Positions 1 through 10,200 of a stretch of DNA of 64,000 nucleotides are shown piece by piece. The position numbers and the translations under genes are program-made. The stretch is from Clostridia bacterium (GTDB taxonomy: Bacteria; Bacillota; Clostridia; Oscillospirales; QAKW01), in assembly GCA_017436525.1 (NCBI GenBank), contig JAFSCX010000044.1, forward strand, positions 1,267-65,266, written 5' to 3'. The notes under the pieces are model-generated. The model was not told the origin of the DNA and made no database searches. It saw only the letters and a program-made list of their open reading frames with translations. Numbering within the stretch: the first letter of the stretch is position 1; the number at the start of each line of letters is the position of its first letter.

Positions 1-108
1 TGTAAACCATCAATTTTGCACCATTTCCGAAACAGACCCGTAGAATGGAGAGAAGATTGAACCGCTTTTTCGGCTCAATCTTCGAGATAATCGAAAGGAG
101 AATCGCAA

Positions 109-345
109 ATGGACGATTTTGATCTGCGGGATCTGCTGTCTCCCCCTCTGCGCCATTGCGCCGAAAACCAAGGCCGGCCCGCAACCCATAAAGAGCCCTC
201 CCTTGAGCCCATGGTCTTGGGAATGGCTTATGTACGCCCTCAAATTTGGGAGGATCTTTATGACACGGAGGATGCTTTTCGCAACGGCACCATCTTCCGC
301 GGATTAGACTATCCCTTTATGGGAAGAGGAGGGAATAAAGAATGA
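109..345 (+). CDS. cotJA: spore coat-associated protein CotJA
   Basis: 78-aa ORF. The C-terminal LGMAYVRPQIW..YDTEDAFRNGTIFRGLDYPF resembles the CotJA family signature. It overlaps the next ORF by 4 bp, as in cotJ operons. Confidence 0.8.
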   Translation: MDDFDLRDLLSPPLRHCAENQGRPATHKEPSLEPMVLGMAYVRPQIWEDLYDTEDAFRNGTIFRGLDYPFMGRGGNKE

Positions 346-593
346 GCGAGCAGGAAAGAATGATGCAGGCGGTTTATACCAATGGATTTGCCGCCGATGA
401 TGCCCGCCTCTTTCTGGATACCCATCCTCAAAGCCGCGAGGCACTGGATTATTATAAAAAGAAAATAGAGCTCTATAAAATCGCGCGGAATCGCTATGAG
501 GAAAAATACGGCCCCATCAGCGTAGAAAATGCCGCCGTCGGTGATCGCTGGGGCTGGGCAGAGCAACGCTGGCCCTGGGAAGGAGGAGAATGA
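342..593 (+). CDS. cotJB: spore coat protein CotJB
   Basis: 83-aa ORF with FAADDARLFLDTHPQSREALDYY, matching the CotJB motif (LYLDTHP..AL). It lies between cotJA and the cotJC start. Confidence 0.85.
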   Translation: MSEQERMMQAVYTNGFAADDARLFLDTHPQSREALDYYKKKIELYKIARNRYEEKYGPISVENAAVGDRWGWAEQRWPWEGGE

Positions 594-596
594 GTT

Positions 597-689
597 ATGT
601 GGAAATATGAAAAACGCTTGCAATACCCTGTAGACATTAAAAAGCCCGACGCGCGCCTTGCCAAGGTCATCATGTCGCAGTTTGGAGGT
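597..689 (+). pseudogene. cotJC: cotJC 5' fragment (codons 1-31), interrupted by prophage insertion
   Basis: ATG at 597 gives MWKYEKRLQYPVDIKKPDARLAKVIMSQFGG, which parallels the CotJC (Mn-catalase-family spore coat protein) N-terminus MWVYEKKLQYPV...EQYGG as I recall it. After G31 the frame runs into phage DNA (LNCKRL) and stops at 708-710. Confidence 0.85.
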
Positions 690-710
690 CTTAACTGCAA
701 AAGGTTATAA
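665..710. other. attL (host arm / central GG 687-688 / phage arm)
   Basis: GGAGG (684-688) is shared with attR (34290-34294). The phage arm carries AAAGGTTATAA (700-710), the exact reverse complement of TTATAACCTTT at 34271-34281. Confidence 0.75.
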
Positions 711-834
711 TTTTATATAGTCAATGGTGAAAGGTCAAAGCCGAGAAATGTCGAACTACGCCCGCAAAAGACGATGATCGGGAAGATTCGATATTTTTCA
801 CTATCATTTAGTTAACCCATATAGGAGGATTAAA

Positions 835-1179
835 ATGACCAACACCATCTATCAATTACTACATCATTTAAGTGCAACCGGTAACTACCGAGGCTTTAAG
901 CTCACGGTGATTGCACTGAGGCTTGTTTTGCAAGATGAAGATTGGCTTCTTCAGATTACCGAGTTATGCCGAGAGGTTGCAAGAATCGCAGGCTGCCCCG
1001 AATGTACCGTAGAGCGAAACATCCGGACGCTGATCAATCGGGTGTGGAAAAATTGCTCGAAACGATTGATTGAGATCGCCGGCTTTCATATGTATGCGCC
1101 GCCCAATGTATCCGAATTCTTGGATATCCTTGCAAATCATATCCGCCGCACCTGCCGCGTTTCGATTTCAAAAGAATAG
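835..1179 (+). CDS. Spo0A C-terminal (DNA-binding) domain-only protein, prophage-encoded
   Basis: 114 aa. YRGFKLTVIALRLVL..LLQITELCREVA....CTVERNIRTLINRVW....IEIAGF.....PPNVSEFLDILANHIR aligns motif by motif with the Spo0A effector domain (KGY.YLREAI..LLGSITK.LY..IA....VERAIRHAIEVAW....FGY...KPTNSEFIA). There is no receiver domain. RBS AGGAGG lies upstream. Confidence 0.75.
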   Translation: MTNTIYQLLHHLSATGNYRGFKLTVIALRLVLQDEDWLLQITELCREVARIAGCPECTVERNIRTLINRVWKNCSKRLIEIAGFHMYAPPNVSEFLDILANHIRRTCRVSISKE

Positions 1180-1182
1180 AAG

Positions 1183-1217
1183 AAAGGCTCTCCTTTGCGG
1201 GAGAGCCTTTCTTTTTT
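1183..1217. terminator. bidirectional intrinsic terminator
   Basis: AAAGGCTCTCC-tttgc-GGGAGAGCCTTT hairpin followed by CTTTTTT. It sits between the convergent 835-1179 (+) and 1216-10626 (-) genes. Confidence 0.8.
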
Positions 1218-4200
1218 AATCCTCTTCGTGAGCCTTCTTATAAGCTTTGATCTTCGCGACCGTCTCCCAGCCCGTAGAAACCGAGAACGGATTATTCTTT
1301 GCAGAGGTCGAGCCGGTAAAGAGTTGCCAGAGAATTGCCTGCTGGCGCCGAGTCAGGCCATCGGTGGAAGCAATGGCCGCTTGAATCCTGCCATTAGATG
1401 CACTATTCTTACCTGCCGCATCATTGGCATCCTCAAGATTCTCTTTGACCATGATAAATTGATCAAGAGAAATATCATGCTCCGTTCCGATTGCAATCCT
1501 GCGCCGATCGGAATCAGATGCAAATAGGCTCATTGCATAAAGTTTTTCGCTCTCATCAACATCGGCGCTTGCAATCGCCTTATACTTTTGCAGATAAGAG
1601 ATACTTTCCTCGCCCTGCTCCGGTGCTATCGCCTCAAGACCTCTCGCGATCTTAACAGCACTTTCTTTTGGAAGCCCCTCACCAATCATTTTGGCCGCCT
1701 TATCGGTATCCACCGAAGAATCGAAATAAATATCATAGAAGGTATCAAAATCAATATTATTCTCTTTTACCACCTTTTGAGCCCGCTCATAGGTGCTCTT
1801 CCCTTCGATCTGCAGAGCCATTTCGGCACCATAGATCTCTCGATTCACCTCCCGATAAATCTCTTCGGCAGATGCTGAAGGATCATTGGCCAGACGCTCA
1901 TCCACTGCTTTGATATACCGTTCATACTCTTCTTCTGATTGAAGCAAAAGAGCATTTCTTGCAGCATATTGGATTTTCAATGCTTCTTCCTTATCCTTTT
2001 TACTAAGAGAGACATTGCCCTGAATCTGCTTGATTTCCTTGCTGATCTCGGAGATCGCCTTAGCTTTATGATTCCACCACCGATATTTCACCTCATCGGC
2101 AGCGGTTGCCTTGCTACTGTTCTTCTTTTCCGTCAGCAGATCCTTTGTATCATAAAAATCACCCTGCAGACGATTAGAATACTCCGAATCAATAACAAAT
2201 GCTTTAGTCAGGAAATTCTGCTGGCTTGCCACCGAAAGCATGGGTAAAATAATATCTCCGGCAACACCGGTATAAGAATCCAGCAGATAATTGATCTTCT
2301 TGGGAGAGATATTCAATGCTCCGCCGATCGCAATAGAGAACTTATCGGTAGTGGCATCATACTGCTCCGCCTTGGGATCATCTTGCATGCTCTGGGGCAC
2401 AATATCTCCGCCATACCAATTTTTATTGAAAGCAATGGCGGTCAGCGCAGATGCAAAGACATTATCCGTCAGCGGATTCATCGGTGCAACCTGATCGGCG
2501 GCCGTGGAGATAAATTCACCCCAGCCAATCTCTTCTCCCTCGATCAACTGCTTAATCCGATATATCGGCATCCCCATTACGGAAAGAACTCTTCCTTTCG
2601 GAATCTTCAGCCAAGAATGATCTCCCGCTTTTATCAGGAAATTTACATCCTTATCCCGCTGCTTGATCTTCTCATATTCATCATCATCTCCGAAAAGAAT
2701 ATCATTGATCAGCGAAGGAGCGATTCCCAAAAGGGCAACCTTTGCAATCAGCCCCACCCATTGGCGGGCGCTTTTTGTCTCTGTCAGCAGGCGGCAAGCT
2801 TTGGACCATCCCTGAATGCTTGGGTTAAAGAAGGGTACCCAATTCTGATTTAAGCGCTTCCCAAGCGTTCCGCTCCGGCCGAAATTAACCGTAATATCCG
2901 CAGCGTTATACATAGCTTCCATCAAGCTATCCATGCTGCCATCGCCTTTTTTAACTGTGGCCATAAATTCCGCCAATCTCGGTGCCTGCTCTATGGCGCG
3001 ATTCAACCATTCAATTCTGTTACCGATATTCCGCTTGATCCATCCGCCTTCCTCTTTGATGATCCCTTGATTATAATCGAATACAGAAGAATAAGTGCCT
3101 CCAAGCGCCTGATACTTCTGCCAATACTCTCCGTTTCGTGCAATCTCCTTCCATGCTGCAGGGTAGTTTCGCAAGAATCCTTTTAGATCCTTCGAATAAA
3201 GAGAAGCATCCTGAATATCTCTTGCAAAGTTTCTCACCGCAAAGGCAGGGTTGTAGCTGGTGATCAACGCTTTATAGAGATTAACCGCTTTATGAGACTG
3301 CTCTTCCAGCCAAAATGTTTTTTCTTTTTCCGGCGAGAGTGCCTTGACCGCCTCCAAGAGCTCCGGCGTTACCGAAAGGGTGTATTGAGTGCCATGGTCA
3401 TATACCATAAAAAGATTTTCCCACTCCTCTTGTTGGAAGGGATCCATCTTGTCGATTGCACCCTCAAACTCCGAAAGCCCGATCATACGATCGGCAGATT
3501 GCTCAAAGTCAACCACCTCTTTGAACTTTCCTTGGCGCGCAAGATCCAAGAGCCTCATTCCAAACCGATTCTTGCTTCCCTCACGCACCACCGATAAAGT
3601 CTGATCGGCGATCTGCTTATGGAGCGGCACCAAATCGGCCACACCGTCCTCCGCTCTGCCTACCGTCTTTCCGATGGATGCCCGATTGCTCTTTCTCGCC
3701 TCAACGCTCTCTTCCGCTTGCACCCTGCGGGTCGGCACATAATGAGGATAAATCGCCCTCAGCTCCTCGGCAAAATCCTTGGAAATCAATCCGCTATCCA
3801 CTCGATATTGCAAAAGATTATCAAGATATCGCCGCACTGCATCTCCAAGCTCCTTAAATTCCGGATGCTCTCGAAGGAGATCCTGCGCCTTACCTTCGCT
3901 GACCTCGGCAGTAACATCAGGGCCGAATACAGGAATATTTCGAATTTCCTCCATCCGCTCCTTAAAATCCAATGCCTTGATATATTCCAACGCTGCAGGC
4001 TGAGATGGATCGCTCCAATCTCCCGCTTTTCTGCGAATATCCCGTTCCGATAGATTGGCAAATTCCGGATAACATTCCGCAATCAGCTCAAAATCTGCCC
4101 GAGCCTGCTCGGTTCTTTCAATGCTCTCGCGGCTCATGCGGTCGATATTATGAAGATGGTAAAGGTAATATTGGAATTGCTCATAATAAGCCTTACCCTT

Positions 4201-7200
4201 CTTCATGATCGGCGAGAAAATCTCATTGAGCCCTTTTCCAATGGTATCGCCAAATATATTGGTCTGCTTGTTTTGAATCATGCTGATTCCCGCATTGGAG
4301 GAAGAACGTGCCATATTGAAATATTGATAGAGATGCTCATCCCCTTTTCTTCGGCCAATATCATAAACCGCATCGCCGGAATCTACCAGCTTCCGCTGGA
4401 TCATATTCCAGCTCTCGCTCATCTTCTCTCCAAAGGTCTTGCGTTCCTCCTGCACCTCAGTAGAAACGCCCGCCTCCGGTGAAGCATTTTCCTCCGCAAA
4501 GCTCGAAGCGGTTCGGGAAAGAAGCGCCATATAACTGCTTGCGTTTTGGCTTGCTCTCTTTGCCTCGCCGCTCTCCATCTCAAAGAGCGCATCGATCTCC
4601 GCCTGCCGATCGGCCGCAAACTGCGCTTGTTCAAAGGGATCCATATCGACAAAGTCTTTGGCGAAATCTGCACCATCATTCTGCGCCGCCACCTCCTCCG
4701 AGGTAAAGAGGGAATCAATGGCATCTGTTTCTGGATCAAAATCCGTTCCGGGGCGGATCTGATCTCCGCCATTTTTCCAGCCATATTCCCTCGCCCGCTG
4801 CTCCTTTACCTTGTTTTCCAACTGAGCGATGATATCCCCGCTCACCTTGCTCTCGCCAAGATGCTGCTCAATGGCTCCCAATACCTTCCGCAGCATCTCC
4901 GCCGATTCGATATCGGTATCCGCCAAGCGATCCACTCCAGCATATGCATTTTCTAAAAAAGCGTCGGCATCCACGCCTCCAAGTCCTTGGGCTTCTTGCA
5001 AAATTCCCTCTTGGCGGTAAAGCTCTGCCAGCTCCACTACCACATCATTGCGGCCGGGGGCAATTAAGGAAGAGACTTTTCGCTGTTTTGGAGTGGAATT
5101 ATTTTTTTCTTGACTATTTTGATTGTTTTGTGATATATTATTATTGGAAGTATTCATTCCATAGCTAGCGGCAATTGGCGCCGTCGGCTCACTGGTTTGG
5201 ATGCTTCTGTTTTTTATTCTAACAATATTTCCTTTTCTCAATTCTTTTTGGATATACCCGCGCAGATCTTCTTTACCAAATACAGTAGCCACCTTATTCA
5301 CATCTATCATCACTCTGTTGCAGTTTGCGTGTTCATTAATATAAACAGGGACATTGATAGTATCTCCGTTTTGATTTTTATGTTGAGAGATAAGGAGAAA
5401 ATATTTTTCTCTTCTGTTTGGATTATCAGCGTTTTTGGTTCCTCGATACGCCTCCGTAACATCCTCTAAGCTATCCATAACCTTCAAAAACAGAGTATCT
5501 CCAAGGCCGTGATAATTAGTTTTACCGTCAACCTTTAACCCCATTGCTTGCGCTTCTTTTTCAGTAAGGATGTTTTCTCTGATATGCGACGCCTTCATGG
5601 CCATCGGAAGATTTTTAGCACCTTTTTGAGAAACTACAATTGACGGTGTAGTTTCTGTTAGCTCAATATCGCCTCCATAATATTTATTGTTTATCGCCTT
5701 TTTAACCTCGGTCGCCGCTCCGTCTTTTAATGAATATTTCATCGCCCCCTCAAGATCCACCGCACCTTCCGCCGCCTGATAATTGGAAGCCGCATCGAGG
5801 GCGGCATCTTCAAAAAGCGCATAGAATTGATCCAATACGCCTTCCATCTGCTGCAGGGCTTGCGCCTCGGCAGATGCGGGGGCGTAATTATTTTTGGAAT
5901 ATTCTGCACGGATTCTTTTCAAAAGGCTTTTGATATGATTGATGATCCGGCTGAAAAGGCTCTGATCCTTCTGCTTCAGTGCGGCAAGCTTCTCCACCGC
6001 CTTGCTATCCAGCAGCATCCGCTCGCAGGCATCACAAACGACCTCCTCATAAGCCAAAGCGGGATCCTCGATCCCTAAAGCCTCTTGCTTTGCCTTAACC
6101 AGCTCATCCATGGAGATCCCATGCTCCCCATATTGCTCCTCTAAGAATTTTGCAAAGGCATCGAATTTTTCTACCGACCACTGCTTAATAAAGTGGGTCA
6201 GTTCATGGCTCATGGTTAAAGCGATGGTCTTTCGATCATCCAAATTCTTCTGCAGATCTAAATGGATGCTGCTATCGGCCTCATTAAAGAAACCATTTGC
6301 ATTAGCGCCATAAGTACCTTCAATAGTGGAATCATAGAAAACAATATCAATCCCGATGGCATTGGCAACCACTTTTGCAAGCTTCACCGCTTGCTTTTGG
6401 GATTCGGTGATGGCTTCTGCCCCCTTTTCAAAACGCACCGCGCCGGTACCAGCCACCGCCTCGGGTGCTTCCGCTTGCTCATCATAGATCATCTCCCGAG
6501 CGATTCTTTGCTCCTGCTCAGTTACTCGATTTTCATTGCAAAAAGCCTCGATCTGCTTCCGCACCGCCGCAAGCTCTGTCCGATCAACCGTATAGGCTTC
6601 CTGCGTTAGCATAACGGAATAATACCGAGCGCAAAACTCATCCTCTGCCATTGAGCGTGAATAATCCAAGCCGCTCACAGCCTTTTGCTGCAGAATGGTA
6701 TTGATCTCCTCTGCAACACCCTCTTCTCCGAGGGTGTTTTTTGCTGCCTGCAGGATGGTTTCTCGAAAGTTCTTTCCCTTTTCCGGCTCCAGCTGCATGA
6801 TCATCTGATAGGCCTGATGGCCGATGGCATAAAAAATCCCCTGATCCAGATCGGTAAGATTCACCGCCATTAAGCCGGAAGCAAGAAAATCTCCCGTTTG
6901 ATGATGATCGGTAACAAGGAAATGAATCCCGCTCATCTCCGAGAGAATATTCAAGGTCTCTGCCGCCTCTTGCTGGGTTTCATTCAAATCAGCTCTGCCT
7001 TCCACGATCACGCCTTCTTTCATGAAGCCTGCCATGGAATCATAATATAAGATCTGCTCAATGGCTTGGGTATCGAATTCCCCGAAAGTATCCTTAAAGA
7101 GGGCAAGGCGGGCTTTAGAAACCTTTCCATTCTCATCGGTAAAGGAAGCAAGGCGGGCAAGGAGTGCGATCTGCCGAGGGGAGATATCCTTTCCCAAGAG

Positions 7201-10200
7201 TTCCTCTCCCATCATCCCCTCAAGGATCGAAAGCAGCCGCTCATCCTTGGCAATGGTCGAAGCTTCTTCTAAGGTGAGGGTTTTTGCAGTCAGCACCTTG
7301 CGGAAGATCTCCTTCGCCCGCTTGATCTCGGCAGGATCTGCACCTTCCATATTGGCCTCGATCATGGTGGAAAGAGTTTTGGCCGCGCCCTTCACTCTGC
7401 GCTTGCGGATGCTCTTTTGGATATTTACAATATCCTTTGCCGAAACGAACGCTGCAGCCCCCTCTTTCCCTTTATATCGGGGTTGCTGATTCTGCTTCGC
7501 TTCTTTGATCTTAAGGGCTGTTTTATTCTCAAGCTGCGCTCCGAGGGAGATCAGCTGATCCACCTCGCCAAGCTGCAGGGTGCGGGCCGCTTCGATTTCT
7601 ATGGCACGATTTTCAAAAGGAGCATAAGCCACCGAGAAGGCACCGCCGGTAATGGCGCCCAAAAGGAAGCTTCTGCCGGCCTCTTCCCAATCGATTTCTT
7701 CCAGCTCAGCATCAGAGATCCCATTAAGATCGGAAGCGATCTTAGAAAGGAAAGGGCTGATCACCTCCTGCAGGAATTCCTCAAAGCCTTCAGCGCCCAT
7801 GGAGGAGGCGATCTTGATAGCGGTTTTTGCGCCTTTGGTAAGTGCAAGCTTCTCAATGCTGCCCTTCAGCTTTGTAAAGAGCCCATTTTTCGAAGTGAGC
7901 CCCGGAATACCACCCAAGATCTTCTCCATTGCCACCTCTGCGGTACCCGATAGCACACCGTGGGTCAGCGCTTCATCAGACCGCTTGCCTGCGGCAATAT
8001 CCTCGGTATAGGTGGTGGCCATGGATTTGGCAAAGATATAACCGGAGGCTGCCGCCTGCCCCACGACCGGCACAAAGGAAACCGCTACCGCAGGCACCAT
8101 ATCTAAAATAGTATAGCCACCCATGTAGATCGTCTCCAATGCCTCGCCGCCGAATCCCATCTGATCCAGTTTTTCTACCGTTACCTGATGAGAAGCGGTC
8201 CCCAAGGTTCCCGCCATCCGCTCATAACTGCCTGCGGCCATATTTTCAAGCATATAGCCGCCTTGTGTTAAGAAACGGGTCAAGCCGGAAAATGCACCTT
8301 TTGTTCCTGCCCACCAATCATTGAGGGAATCAGCCTCAGCTAAAAGGGCCTGCTCCCGCACATTGGCATAATAGGAGAAAGCAAGCTCATGCTCCCCTTC
8401 TGCCAAAAGGGCAAGGACCCGATCCGCCTGCTCTTTTTCAAAGAAGCCGTAATCTCCTTTTGCAAATCCTTCCACATCGGTTTCAAAATCCCGATAATTG
8501 CCATCAAAATATTTTCCTCCATGGCGATATTGCTTCGCAATTTCCGAAAATCCCTCCAAGGAAAATTCCTTCGCTTTTTCTGCCGCCTGATCATCCGGAA
8601 TCAGTTCTTCTGCATATTGCACCACATTCCGATGATAAGCGCCGGTAATCTTCTGCTCTTTTTGGGAAAGCTCTCCGATCTCACCCTGCACCCTTGCAAG
8701 AGTTTCCTCGTTGCCCTCAAGCACACCGGGGAGCCGCTCACCGTCCCGCGTAATATAAACCGCCTTTCCGTCTGCATCATATTCCAGCCGCAAGGTCATC
8801 TGATCCCGTGCATATTGAGCATTCCCGCTCATGATGGTGCTATATTGCATCAGATCTTCCCAACGCCGGCGCACATCGGAATGAAGCTTGCTCACCTTCT
8901 CGGCCCAATTCTTGCCGGCATAAGATTTAGCCCATTGCTCCACTTCTTGATCCTCGGCAGCATTCTTCTCATTGGTCTTTCGGTTCTCAATATATTTTGC
9001 AAGTTTATCAGTTTCTTTTTTATACTCCGAATATTTCTTTTCTTGACCATCCACAATAACATCCGCCAACGAATTCTCTGCATAGTTCGTTTTCTTCAGC
9101 CATTGCACATATCCGGGAAGCCGTGCATTGATCATTTTTTCCTGTTCAGCCTGCAGTGCCTCTAACTCCTCAACAGAATACCCTCCATAGATATCATCCA
9201 TCTTCCGGTATTCTTTTTGGCTCTCATAGGATTCTTCATTCTCCTCATAAGTAACAGCATATTCCTGCATCTGTTTCAAAGCAGGAAGGCTCTTTTTAAG
9301 ATATTCCGCAGCGCCGGAGACAATCTCCTGCTGATCTACGGTGAGATCTACATTCTTCAAAGCATTCTCCAAAGCGGCAACCATACCCTCCGAGGTCTTG
9401 ATATGAATCTCAAGTTCCTTTTTCTCCTCATCGGAGAGTTTCTCCAGCTGATCAAATTTTTCTTTTGCCTTGGTATAGATCTGCTCTGTGGCGGCGGTGG
9501 TGCTGCCGATCCCTTTCTCCAAGCGGTCCAGATAATAAGAATAGGCAGCGTTACGATCCTCAACCGTCTCCGCTTCTTGAAGCATCACATAAGCATCCGC
9601 GATGCGGAAGGTTTCCTTTTCCTTTGCACTCTCAAGGGAACCGGCAGTATCAATGATCTTTTCCAGCCTCTTCACCGTCTCCTTCGCCCATTCAGGCGCC
9701 TTTTCCTGCACTTGAACCGATAAGGCTTCCTTCTTGGTTTTTACATTTTTTACCGAAGGAGCAGCAAGCTTCTCAAGGGCGGTATATCCTTCAGCAGTCA
9801 TTCCCGAAAGCCGTTTCTTGAGCACCCGCTCTTCCATGGCATAATCAAAATACCGCAAGGCCGCCTCCATCTGGCTCCTGCTTCTGCTATCAATTCCGCT
9901 TCGGAATGCAATCCATTCCCGCGCCTCTTGAAGATCCTTAAAGGATTGCCCCGTTTTTTCGGCATACTCAATCGCTTCCCGAACTCCCGATTTAATCTTT
10001 TCGGGTGTTTCATCATCAACAGAAACCTTTTCTTTTTTCTGCTCCACCTTCTTTTGAATCGATACCGTCTCTCCGGCCTTAATAGCCGCAATCGCCTGCT
10101 CATAATCCGCCTTCGCCTTAGCAGCCTTGGCTTTGGCGGCCTGTTTTTGCTGAAATTCCGCGTTTTTCTTCTCGGCAAACGTTCTTACCACGCTATCCTT

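Noticed and set aside
1-108. I looked for a recognisable sigma-E or sigma-K promoter upstream of cotJA, and similarly upstream of 835-1179 and int.
   Set aside because: No convincing match to the -35/-10 consensus could be made by eye. The promoter may also lie upstream of the window, so no promoter feature is reported.
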